From: Wolbachia endosymbiont of Dirofilaria (Dirofilaria) immitis
Lineage (GTDB): Bacteria > Pseudomonadota > Alphaproteobacteria > Rickettsiales > Anaplasmataceae
Direction of reading: 5' to 3'
Length of the DNA: 32,000 nucleotides
Assembly: GCF_013365455.1 (NCBI RefSeq)
Contig: NZ_CP046578.1
Coordinates: 720,001 to 752,000, forward strand
Positions 11,057 to 19,890 of the stretch are shown piece by piece (positions within the stretch are counted from its first letter, which is position 1; each line of letters opens with the position of its first letter). The position numbers were made by a program, and so were the translations under genes. Under the pieces are notes generated by a model that did no database searches, was not told the DNA's origin, and saw only the letters and a program-made list of their open reading frames with translations.

Positions 11057-11518
11057 ATGTCAACAAATTGGCTTCATGACTTATTATTCGGTTCTAATGA
11101 ATTGAAAATAGAAGCACTAGAAAAAGCTCAAAAGCTTAATGCTAAGCAGCTTGAAAAGGTATTCAATACATTTGAAAAAATTGACAATGAACAGCTTCAA
11201 CTTATGCAAGATCATTTAAACAGTCTGCAAGAAAAAGTAGAAACACTCACAGAGACAGTAGCAAATCAAGAAAAAATAACGCTAACTTGTTGCATTGCAG
11301 CCAGCGTTGTTGCTTTAGCGGCAATTAGCTTTATTGGCTTCTGTATCTATCAGGGAATGAAGAATGAAAAGGAGAAACAAAGGAACTCATTTCAGAGCGT
11401 GTCAACTAAGAAATTGACTAATTTATGTAAACTAAACCCAGATACGAAATTTAACATAGATATCAGTAACACTAAAAAATCAATAAAAGGTCAAGAGTCA
11501 GTGGCAGCGTACAAATAA
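11057..11518 (+). CDS. Hypothetical membrane-anchored coiled-coil protein
   Basis: The 153 aa product has an N-terminal heptad-like helical region, one TM helix (CCIAASVVALAAISFIGFCIY) and a basic C-terminal tail. I recognise no family. gaggg lies upstream of the ATG. Confidence 0.5.
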   Translation: MSTNWLHDLLFGSNELKIEALEKAQKLNAKQLEKVFNTFEKIDNEQLQLMQDHLNSLQEKVETLTETVANQEKITLTCCIAASVVALAAISFIGFCIYQGMKNEKEKQRNSFQSVSTKKLTNLCKLNPDTKFNIDISNTKKSIKGQESVAAYK

Positions 11519-11521
11519 CAT

Positions 11522-11566
11522 TTTCCTTTAAAGGGATTACAAAATATGTAACCCCTTTAAAGGAAA
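11522..11566. terminator. Strong hairpin between convergent genes (candidate bidirectional terminator)
   Basis: tttcctttaaaggg and ccctttaaaggaaa form a 14 bp perfect stem around a 17 nt loop. It lies between the stop at 11518 (+) and the glmU stop at 11575 (-). There is no clear U-tract on either side. Confidence 0.45.
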
Positions 11567-11574
11567 GTAATAAA

Positions 11575-12813
11575 TTACTTTATTTTCTTAATCACTTGTC
11601 TCCTTTTTGTCATCACAAGCCTTCTCCTTGGCACATCTTTAACTATAATGCTACCTGCTGCAATTATAGACTCATCATGAATACTAAGCGGCGCAATCAA
11701 CGAACTATTTGAACCAACAAAGCAATTGCTTCCAATATTTGTCTTATGTTTTTTCCTCCCATCATAGTTACAAACAACAGTACCAGCACCTATATTACTT
11801 CCTGTCCCTACTTTAGTATTTCCTATATAACTTAAGTGCTTTACTCTAGCGTTTACACCTATATCACTTGCTTTTGCTTCAACAAAATTTCCCACAATTG
11901 CATTATCACCAACTGTTGTACATTCACACTTAGTAAATGGACCAATTTTAACACCAGAACCTACTTTTACTCCAGGACCAAAAAAAACATATGGGTAAAT
12001 AATTGAATCTATACCAATTTGAGTATCAAAAGAAAAAAAAACAGTCTCCGGAGCAACAAGAGTTACTCCCGAACTAGTAAAGAATTTTCTCTGACTTTCT
12101 TGAAAGAAAAACTCAGCTTTTGCGAGTTCATTCCTGTCATTTATACCAGCTGCCTCCTCCTCTTTAACAGTAATATAACCGACGTTTAAATTACTCTTTA
12201 TCGCAATGGAAACTATATCAGTCAAGTAATACTCATGAGTCAATTTATTACATTCTATCTTTTCCACCAAGTTACGTAAATCTTTCATATATGCAACCAT
12301 TATTCCAGCATTCGCAAGAAATTCTTCACCACTACTTTCTCCATTTCGCGCTTCTACAATTTCTCTCAAGAAATCATTCTCAATAATTAACCTACCATAC
12401 CCTTTACTACTAGTTCTAAAACCAAGACAAACCAGAGCCTTACCTTCTAAGCAACCAATCATTCTAGTTATCGTGCTGCTTCTTATAAACGGAGTATCTC
12501 CATACTGTACAATAACTATATTTGAACCTGGTAACTCCCTCAGACTTCTCATCGCAGTCCTAACTGCATCTCCTGTGCCGAGCATTGATTCTTGTGTAAT
12601 TAACTGTACACCTTCAAAACACTCTAATTTTTCAATCAAAGGAAGATCAACCACAATAGCTATATTCCCGGGATCTAACTGTTTTGCGTTATAAGTAACA
12701 TGCTTAAGCATAGGGAAATTACCTATCTTATGTAGAACTTTAGGCAAGTTTGAATTCATACGCTTGCCATGCCCGGCAGCGAGTATAACAAATGTATAAG
12801 CTTTGTTTTTCAC
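11575..12813 (-). CDS. glmU: Bifunctional GlcNAc-1-P uridyltransferase / GlcN-1-P acetyltransferase (GlmU-like)
   Basis: The 412 aa product has N-terminal VILAAGHGKRMNSNLPKVLH, a central EYYLTDIV motif and C-terminal hexapeptide repeats (GNFVEAK...HLSYIGNTKVG..SNIGAGTVVCNYDG..KHKT.IG). Its GTG start abuts the pheS stop. Confidence 0.85.
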   Translation of the reverse strand: MKNKAYTFVILAAGHGKRMNSNLPKVLHKIGNFPMLKHVTYNAKQLDPGNIAIVVDLPLIEKLECFEGVQLITQESMLGTGDAVRTAMRSLRELPGSNIVIVQYGDTPFIRSSTITRMIGCLEGKALVCLGFRTSSKGYGRLIIENDFLREIVEARNGESSGEEFLANAGIMVAYMKDLRNLVEKIECNKLTHEYYLTDIVSIAIKSNLNVGYITVKEEEAAGINDRNELAKAEFFFQESQRKFFTSSGVTLVAPETVFFSFDTQIGIDSIIYPYVFFGPGVKVGSGVKIGPFTKCECTTVGDNAIVGNFVEAKASDIGVNARVKHLSYIGNTKVGTGSNIGAGTVVCNYDGRKKHKTNIGSNCFVGSNSSLIAPLSIHDESIIAAGSIIVKDVPRRRLVMTKRRQVIKKIK

Positions 12814-13860
12814 TTATTTTAAAGATAAAAAATGAAAACCATAATGGTTGATCCAGCTAATTTTATTGTTATAAAAGCTCCTTAGGTCACCAATTTGATA
12901 TTTTAGCATCGCAAGCCTTTCTATGCCAACACCAAATGCAAAACCATTATATTTAGTATAGTCTATCCCAACACTTCGAAAGACATTTGGGTGTACCATA
13001 CCACATCCAAGCACCTCAATCCATTTATTATCTTTATAACTTATATCCACTTCTATAGAAGGCTCAGTAAAAGGAAAAAAACTACCACGGAAACGTACCT
13101 TTAGCCCTCTATCTCCAAAGAACCTATTAAGGAAGTAGTGAATAGTAAATTTTAGCTGGCCCATATTGACATTTTCATTTACATATAGCCCCTCTATCTG
13201 ATGGAACATAGGAGTGTGAGTTGCATCAAAATCATTTCTGTATACCCTACCTGCGGCCACTACTTTAATTGGGAAAGTTTTTACCTTTTCCATGGTTCTA
13301 ACCTGCGCAGATGAAGTATGAGTACGCAGCAATATCCTTTTTTTGTTATCTATTTTGTTCTTTAAGTAGAAGGTATCTTGCCCCTCACGTGCAGGATGAT
13401 AACTTGGAGTATTTAGCGCATCAAATACATAAAACTCATCCTCAATTTCTGGACTGTCTACTGCTTTAAAGCCCATATGTGCAAAAATGAGTTTTGCTTC
13501 GTTTATAACCTTACTGAGCGGGTGGATCTTACCAACTCTCTCTGGTCTAACAGGTAATGTAATATCAACTGCTTCACTCTGCAGTTTAAAGTTAATTCTC
13601 TCAGCTCTTAGTATATTTCCCTTATTTATTATAAGTTGATCTAGCTTATTGCGTAAGGCATTAATGGCCTTACCCAAATTATACTTCTTTTCCGTATTTT
13701 TCATCTTTCTTAAGCCATTAAAATATGCTTTAATTACACCCTTTCTCCCTAAATATAATAGCCTAACTTTTTCCAAACTTTGCAAAGAAGAAGCACTTTC
13801 AATTTCGGATACAGCTCTATTTTCAAGCAAAGACATCTCATTTAGCAGTTCTTTATTCAT
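12814..13860 (-). CDS. pheS: Phenylalanine--tRNA ligase alpha subunit
   Basis: The 348 aa product carries class II aaRS motifs (HPAREGQDTFY, LLRTHTSSAQVR, FRGSFFPFTEPS.EVD, GCGMVHPNV, AFGVGIERLAMLKY). Confidence 0.95.
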   Translation of the reverse strand: MNKELLNEMSLLENRAVSEIESASSLQSLEKVRLLYLGRKGVIKAYFNGLRKMKNTEKKYNLGKAINALRNKLDQLIINKGNILRAERINFKLQSEAVDITLPVRPERVGKIHPLSKVINEAKLIFAHMGFKAVDSPEIEDEFYVFDALNTPSYHPAREGQDTFYLKNKIDNKKRILLRTHTSSAQVRTMEKVKTFPIKVVAAGRVYRNDFDATHTPMFHQIEGLYVNENVNMGQLKFTIHYFLNRFFGDRGLKVRFRGSFFPFTEPSIEVDISYKDNKWIEVLGCGMVHPNVFRSVGIDYTKYNGFAFGVGIERLAMLKYQIGDLRSFYNNKISWINHYGFHFLSLK

Positions 13861-13885
13861 CCCAGAAACGCTAGCTTAAACATTC

Positions 13886-13913
13886 ATTATAACAAAAACT
13901 TATACAACATCAA
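13886..13913 (-). promoter_or_regulatory. Candidate sigma-70 promoter for pheS-glmU
   Basis: On the minus strand, TTGATG (13913-13908), a 16 nt spacer, then TATAAT (13891-13886). This is about 26 nt upstream of the pheS ATG. The call rests on sequence pattern only. Confidence 0.35.
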
Positions 13914-15019
13914 CAATTCAAAAAACTATCCTATTCCAATTACTAATCTATTGATTAACTAAACTTTTTTTTACCTAACTCTACATTAAAACATATTATA
14001 TTGACTATATATAATAGTAACATTGAAACTAAGAGAGAATATAAAGCAGAGGATTGCTAAACTCTCCAAGGGAGAGATATAAAGACATAAGTAAAGCATT
14101 CTCTAATATAAAGTAAAAGATCTATAGTATTGCTTACTTGAGTAAGGTTTACAAATAATTATATAAGAGTTTTTACCTAAGCGAATAATACGACAACAGT
14201 AGATCAAAGCATTAAGATACTATTACTCCAAGCAAAACATTTAATTAACTTCTTTAAATCTATCTCCTCCGAGAAAAAAATCTCTTTAATTAACATAAAA
14301 GTACTAAAAGAAAGTAGCAAATTATATTATGACCTAATAAAAATTACCGAAGAACTCATCAGTAACACTCTACCTAAAATCTCTCTATAGTAAATACTAA
14401 TCACGCTACAAACAAATATTAAAATTAACTTTAGTAATTTGCACCAGATTCTATTCCTAAATTAGGAGCCAGAACACGTAAAAAAACTGAAAGCAAAGGG
14501 CAGAAATAAGTTACGTAAATCAAAGATTCCTTCAGCTAAAATGCAAGCAAGTAACAAAAAGCAAGTTACTATACACCAGTAACTGCTTCAGCAATGCATA
14601 AAAATGCACAGAGAACAATCAAGCAATCATGCCATATACAGAGTATGCCAAGGCCAATAAAAAAGCTAAAAAGTAGAAGATAGAAGAAGAAAGATGACCT
14701 ACCATAAGACAAACTCAAACTAATACTAGGTTATTAGCTATGACAAATAATCTAACTGAGCACAAGAAAAAAATTAGATAAGATATTATTAAAGTAGTCG
14801 GTAAATACTAAAGACTAAGACACAGAAACATTTCACAATACTTTTAACCTAGTGTTTAACACCATTTATTTTGCAAACAAACAATCATATGAAATATTAA
14901 AAGTATTATAAAATGCTACAACCAACTGGCAAGTTTTCTACTCTAGAAGAATATTCACAAAAGTAAGTACATAGAGAAAAAGAGTGATTATTTAAATTAG
15001 TTTTAGGTATTCATACACA

Positions 15020-15440
15020 ACAACCTTTTCCATAGCCTAAAAATACCTTACATGAAAATGGAAAATATACATGAATAAAGCCACAAATTGCTAAACCGAA
15101 CAAAAAGCTCTGCTGGCCAATATTACCTTTAAAATCACTGTTCAAAACTGTTTTTCCTAAAAGACTCACTTTTGTCTATTTTTGATAGCGTTCTTTATAC
15201 CGTATACCGATATTCTGCCTAGGCATTTACCTCTTGGAAAATGCACCAATCTTAAAAAGGATTAGCGCTATCAGAAATAAAGTATTAGGTCAACACTGAA
15301 CATAAGGTTACTAATAACAATCACATTATGTGCTTTAAACTTAGCCGACCTTATATATTTAAATATTTAGTAGAATTTACTGAATAAATAAGTCAAAACA
15401 AGCTTCCTTTTCCTATTCAGAAGAATAGAAACAGTTGTTT
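15020..15440 (-). pseudogene. Probable eroded 3,4-dihydroxy-2-butanone-4-phosphate synthase (ribB-like) relic
   Basis: Minus-strand frames give SFLRLVHFPRGKCLGRISVYG (15246-15214 encodes VHFPRGKCLGR). This compares with RibB S.L.RPGHVFPL.A..GGVL.R.GHTE. Further 3' come ..FE..(stops)..AELFVRFSNLWLYSCIFSIFM*GIFR, compared with ..CE....DG.MAR......FA..H.L...SI.DL..YR. The matches are colinear but interrupted by stops and frameshifts, and the N-terminal half appears to be missing. Confidence 0.35.
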
Positions 15441-15481
15441 TAAAGGACTTTATATAATAAAATGGATTTCTGTTTTGCTGT

Positions 15482-16076
15482 ACGTTTAAAGGAGTCATTA
15501 CAGATATTGAATTACAATTGACACCACATTTTACTCCGACTCTGATCAAATCTTCTACATGAAGGCACAAAACTTACTTTCCATATAAGGGAGATTCAAT
15601 AGCCTGTTCCAGTATACATTTAACTGCTATTGACATAATCAATGATATATTCACAGTCCAAGCATCTTAAGAAATTATGAAAGTTTTTAACTTAAATATG
15701 TGGAAAGAGGGAAAAATAAACTTAGAGCAAGCAATAAGATTAAGTAATAGAATTGATGCTACTTAGTTCAAGGTCATGTAGACAAGATAGTATAAATTTT
15801 AGCAATTAGTCAAAACTTAGATTCTTATGAAATTAAGTTATCATGCCCAGAAGAATTAATAAAATCAGTTGCAAAAAATGGATCTGTTACCCTAGATGGG
15901 CTGGTTCCCCCATCACAGTAAATCCAATTATCAATCAGGAATTTACTGTAAATATTACTCTCTATACATAGTAAAATATAACTTTCCAGTATAATAAAGT
16001 AAATGATAGTTTAAATTTAGAAGTTAACATAACTGCTAGGCATTTAGACCAGCTTATGCAGCATAAAAACAATTAA
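15482..16076 (+). pseudogene. ribE: Eroded riboflavin synthase alpha chain (ribE/ribC) pseudogene, near full length
   Basis: The frame from 15482 reads TFKGVITDI..(TGA 15560)..KGDSIACSSIHLTAIDIINDIFTVQAS(TAA 15668)EIMKVFNLNMWKEGKINLEQAIRLSNRIDAT(TAG 15764). This is colinear with MFTGII...GDSIAVNG.CLTV...FTVDV.PET...TNL..L..G..VNLE.A......GGH. After two frameshifts it reads PEELIKSVAKNGSVTLDG / ITVNPIINQEFTVNITLYT** / NDSLNLEVNITARHLDQLM, which matches the second lumazine-binding repeat (KGSIA.DG.SLTV...F.V.IIPHT....G..VNLE.D...KY). The start codon position reads ACG. Confidence 0.8.
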
Positions 16077-16136
16077 TTTTACAATCTTGTTATCTACATC
16101 TACACTTATTATACTTGAAAACCATAAGCGTATAGT

Positions 16137-16721
16137 ATGCTTTTTGATTATCTAATCATCTTTATCATCGTTTTATGTATAATAATCTCAATCACTAGGG
16201 GCTTTATAAAAGAATTATGCGCATTAATGTTTCTGTTTTTATCGATCTTTCTAACAGTTAATTATTATGATTTTTTTACCATAAATTACAGTAAATATTT
16301 TGATTCCAAAGTCATGCAAAACATACTTTCTACAATTTCTGTATTTATTATACTTAACTTCATATTTATAATAATAAATAACTGGCTAATGTACATATTA
16401 CTACCTATAAGGCTAGGGTTAATCGACAGAGTCACTGGAATCTGTATTGGAACCCTTAAAGGGATATTACTTTCTCACATACTACTTTCCGTCGTGCACT
16501 TATACTGCTATATAATATATGATAAAAAAGAGGAAGAGTCTAAAATAGAAGAAATATTACCTAACTGGATAATAAGATCACATTCTTATCAGACTTTATT
16601 TATAACAATAGAAAACATAGTTGATATGTATGTACCAGAGTCGTTTATACTAAAAATCAAAGAGATTGGAAAAGACATGACTAACCAAGAGAAACCTGAA
16701 CGTAATCAGAAAGAAAAGTAA
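16137..16721 (+). CDS. cvpA: CvpA-family membrane protein
   Basis: The 194 aa product has 4 TM helices and the characteristic N-terminus MLFDYLIIFIIVLCIIISITRGFIKE. Confidence 0.6.
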   Translation: MLFDYLIIFIIVLCIIISITRGFIKELCALMFLFLSIFLTVNYYDFFTINYSKYFDSKVMQNILSTISVFIILNFIFIIINNWLMYILLPIRLGLIDRVTGICIGTLKGILLSHILLSVVHLYCYIIYDKKEEESKIEEILPNWIIRSHSYQTLFITIENIVDMYVPESFILKIKEIGKDMTNQEKPERNQKEK

Positions 16722-16879
16722 CAATTATATCTATAAAGCAACAATTAATAATTTTCATTTAGCAGCAGTTTTTTTCTTGATCAGCATAACTAGCCTCCCG
16801 CTTATTAGCAGTTGTTTCCTATTATGAGTTAAGCTAAAATCCTGTGGTATATATTAAAGCTCGAAGAAATATCTTTTAC

Positions 16880-17344
16880 ATGGAAGTTATTATAGAAAAT
16901 AGAAAAATAAGGTTTGAGTACTTTCTTTTAGAAGAATTTGAAGCAGGAATAGTTTTGTTAAGTAGTGAAGTCAAATCACTAAGGGAAAGAAAAGTAAATG
17001 TCTCTGACGCTTACGTCATCGAAAGAAACGGTGAAATATGGCTATATAATATGCATATTGCAGAATATAAAGCCGCAAACCGAAAAAATCATAAGCCAAA
17101 AAGAGAACGTAAACTACTTCTGCATAAAAAAGAGATAAATAAATTAATTAGCCAAATTAAGACTGCTGGAATAACTGTTGTACCACTTTCAATTTATTTT
17201 AATGACAAAGGATTAGCAAAAACTAAAATTGCTATCGTGAAAGGAAAAAAACTTTATGATAAGAGAGCAACCATAAAACAGAGGGAATGGAATCGCGAGA
17301 AAAGTGGACTATTTAAAATAACTTGTAGCAAAATATGTCTTTAA
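16880..17344 (+). CDS. smpB: SsrA-binding protein SmpB
   Basis: [40 protein letters not shown] matches the SmpB N-terminus. I place the start at the ATG at 16880 rather than the GTG at 16844 used by the ORF track. The 3' end overlaps the lgt start by 10 nt. Confidence 0.9.
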   Translation: MEVIIENRKIRFEYFLLEEFEAGIVLLSSEVKSLRERKVNVSDAYVIERNGEIWLYNMHIAEYKAANRKNHKPKRERKLLLHKKEINKLISQIKTAGITVVPLSIYFNDKGLAKTKIAIVKGKKLYDKRATIKQREWNREKSGLFKITCSKICL

Positions 17345-18123
17345 GCCCAGTAATTTTTAGGATTGGTTCTATCTCTATATACTGGTACTCTCTAGCATAT
17401 ATTTTCGGTATAGCGTTTGCACACTGGTATTCATATAAGCTAGATAACCAAAAGATATTTACTAAAAACTTTCATGATTCGTTATTAACAGTTACTATTA
17501 TAGGTGTCATACTCGGAGGCAGGCTTGGCTATGTATTGATATATGATTTAGGTTATTATGTAAACAACCCTATTGAGATATTGAAAACCTGGAAAGGAGG
17601 TATGTCGTTTCACGGCGGTGCCATAGGAGTTTTTCTTGCGGTGGCAATTCTATGTAAAAAATATAATATTCCTGTGTTTTACACACTAGATCTAATTTCT
17701 TGCGGAGTTCCTGTAGGTTTATTTTTAGGCCGAATAGGCAATCTTATAAATGGAGAGTTATTTGGTAGAATTACAACTATACCTTGGGGTATAGTATTCT
17801 CAGAAAGCGATAATTTACCACGTCACCCAAGCCAACTTTATGAGGCATTTTTTGAAGGATTATTGCTTTTCATAGTTATGAATCTACTGTTTTTCTTGAC
17901 TAGAATAAGATTATATCGTGGTACATTGACTAGCATTGCGGTTATATGGTACGGAATAGTACGTTTTATGGTCGAGTTTCTCCGTGAACCAGATTATCAA
18001 CTTGGCTACCTATGGCTCGGGTTAACCATGGGACAGTTACTTTCAGCACCCATGATTTTGTTAGGAACAATCTTATTTTTGAGTGCGTTAAATTTAAAAT
18101 TCACGAGCACAGAAAAAAGATAA
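17335..18123 (+). CDS. lgt: Prolipoprotein diacylglyceryl transferase
   Basis: The 262 aa polytopic protein carries the Lgt signatures [26 protein letters not shown] and HPSQLYEA. Confidence 0.93.
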   Translation: MSLSPVIFRIGSISIYWYSLAYIFGIAFAHWYSYKLDNQKIFTKNFHDSLLTVTIIGVILGGRLGYVLIYDLGYYVNNPIEILKTWKGGMSFHGGAIGVFLAVAILCKKYNIPVFYTLDLISCGVPVGLFLGRIGNLINGELFGRITTIPWGIVFSESDNLPRHPSQLYEAFFEGLLLFIVMNLLFFLTRIRLYRGTLTSIAVIWYGIVRFMVEFLREPDYQLGYLWLGLTMGQLLSAPMILLGTILFLSALNLKFTSTEKR

Positions 18124-18490
18124 ACCTGATCAGAAAATATCATTTATGCAAATTAAAGTCTGTAGCTTGCCATTTTAAAAATCATATAGCAACAAATTCA
18201 TAATAACTTCCAGTCTATTAAATAGAATAGCAAATATGTTAAAAAATTTTATCTAGAACTATCATATGAAAGAAAAACAGAAAGCTATTCTAGCGAGCTG
18301 TAAAAGCTAAGCTTTAAGGTTCAATCAGTCATACTATGATTATGTCTGTGCTATTAACTCTATGAAAGAGAAACATTAATATATTAACAATATTACTCGA
18401 CTTAATGATGAGAGTAATTAATATTAATAACTTTATCAAACATTATCATTAAAGATAATTATTATTATTCAGGTGTGACGACTTATATTA

Positions 18491-18516
18491 TAGAATTAAT
18501 AATATTATTAATTCTA
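18491..18516. repeat. Perfect 26 bp palindrome
   Basis: tagaattaataat|attattaattcta is exactly self-complementary, checked base by base. It contains a single G/C pair per arm. Confidence 0.85.
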
Positions 18517-19836
18517 ATAGCTTGAAATACTTTAGAAACGTGAGGTAAAGTACATATCAAGTCAGTAAATTTAGGTAAAATTATTCAGCACAGTTACCTA
18601 AAAAAGGTTTTCATAAAGAAATGGAAGTGTAATCATATCATTTTTCAGTGCCTGGAAAAGATCTTACCTATGGTCTTAGTTATCGAAAACAGAATTACTA
18701 GTCTATACTGCTAGTTACAAAAGCGCAGATTAGGGAAGCTCTTATAGTAATTTCAGGTACCAACATTAAAAGCATCTGCTTACAAGAAAGAGTACCGTAT
18801 AACTAGAAAGTTTTTATAGAACATAAAAAAGAATACTGCTTAGTGTTTGGCGAATTAACAATACGTGACACAATATCTAAAAATAACAAAAGAAAAAAAC
18901 ATATTAAAGATTCACAAAAAAAAAAGAAAAAGTCTTAACAAGCCAAAGAGCACTAGTCAAATACTTTACTTTGCTTTTTAAAATTCTATCTACACTAAAG
19001 CGTGATTTTCAAAAAAAAAAGGGTAGAGAAAAAAGCAAAAGGTATAAAATCTAATTTTTGAGCTTATCATGGACTAGTGTAAAATAAAGTAAGTAAGTAA
19101 GCAAGAGTAGATGAAACCAAATGAACAAGACTCCAATATTCAATAAATCAGCAACAGACTAGTAATCGAAAAGTTGAGACCAAAGTTAGTATCAATACAA
19201 AAGGAATAAAATAAAGTCATAGAAGTAGAACTCAGGTTATAACTATTGTCATGAGTCTGATACAAAACTTAAACTATTAAGAATAGAATTTAAAGCCTCT
19301 GACCCTGAAGTAAATTCATCTAATACCTAGTATAAAATAGAAAAAAGTATTTGCATTACAAAACAATTAAAGCATCCATTTGGTGATTCAGTAGAAAAAA
19401 ATTTCAAAAAATAAGTATTTTTATTAAAAATAAATATAAAAATATAATCATTTAAAAAATTAAAAATAAATTACTAAACACTCTACACAATACACCTTTC
19501 AACCACACCACTGAACACCTATAAGAAATCTACTAAACGGAAAAATAAAAGAAGCCCTAGAGATAATATCCTCCACTATTAAAAATTGATGTTCCATATT
19601 ATCTTAAACGCTTTATAAGTACAATTTCATACTTATATAAATAAAAACCTAGAAGACTAAGCAAAATTTACAAAGATATAAAGATATAAGGTAAGCATAG
19701 TGTAAAAAAACTATGTATTAAGACACTAGCTACATAATACCTTTGATTTTATGGTAAAGAGAATTACAAAATTTGTCAAGTAATTTCCTTTATTTCTAAT
19801 ATATCTATGTGCTGCTAAATGTTATACAAGAGTCTA

Positions 19837-19867
19837 TTGACTTTTAACACACTTTTGCCTATATAAT
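19837..19867 (+). promoter_or_regulatory. Candidate sigma-70 promoter for nuoD
   Basis: TTGACT (19837-19842), a 17 nt spacer, then TATATAAT (19860-19867). The nuoD ATG at 19891 is about 20 nt past the predicted start site. The call rests on sequence pattern only. Confidence 0.45.
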
Positions 19868-19890
19868 TTCAATACTTCAAGTTACCACAT

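Noticed and set aside
12473-13879. Plus-strand ORFs antisense to glmU and pheS (12473-12694, 13649-13879)
   Set aside because: They are shadow ORFs opposite motif-supported genes.
14300-15020. Possible GTP cyclohydrolase II domain continuing the ribB-like relic (RVENLPVG at 14944-14921, VKSIVKCFCVLVFSIYR at about 14848-14798 compared with VRVHSECLTGDVFGSLR)
   Set aside because: There are only two weak, short matches. Later hallmark motifs (EGRGIGL, LLTNNP) were not found at colinear positions, and the strand composition here favours the opposite orientation. This is too weak to call.
15367-15570. 67 aa minus-strand ORF
   Set aside because: It overlaps the 5' end of the ribE relic in antisense, and its 3' part coincides with the putative ribB-like relic frames. 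It is not an independent intact gene.
18012-18203. 63 aa ORF overlapping the 3' end of lgt
   Set aside because: It is an out-of-frame overlap with lgt running into the spacer, with no supporting features.
19250-19890. Search for nuoA/nuoB/nuoC relics directly upstream of the isolated nuoD
   Set aside because: I could not read any of the strong NuoB or NuoC motifs (CCAVEMM, PGCPP, GHPLRKDFP) in any plus-strand frame.
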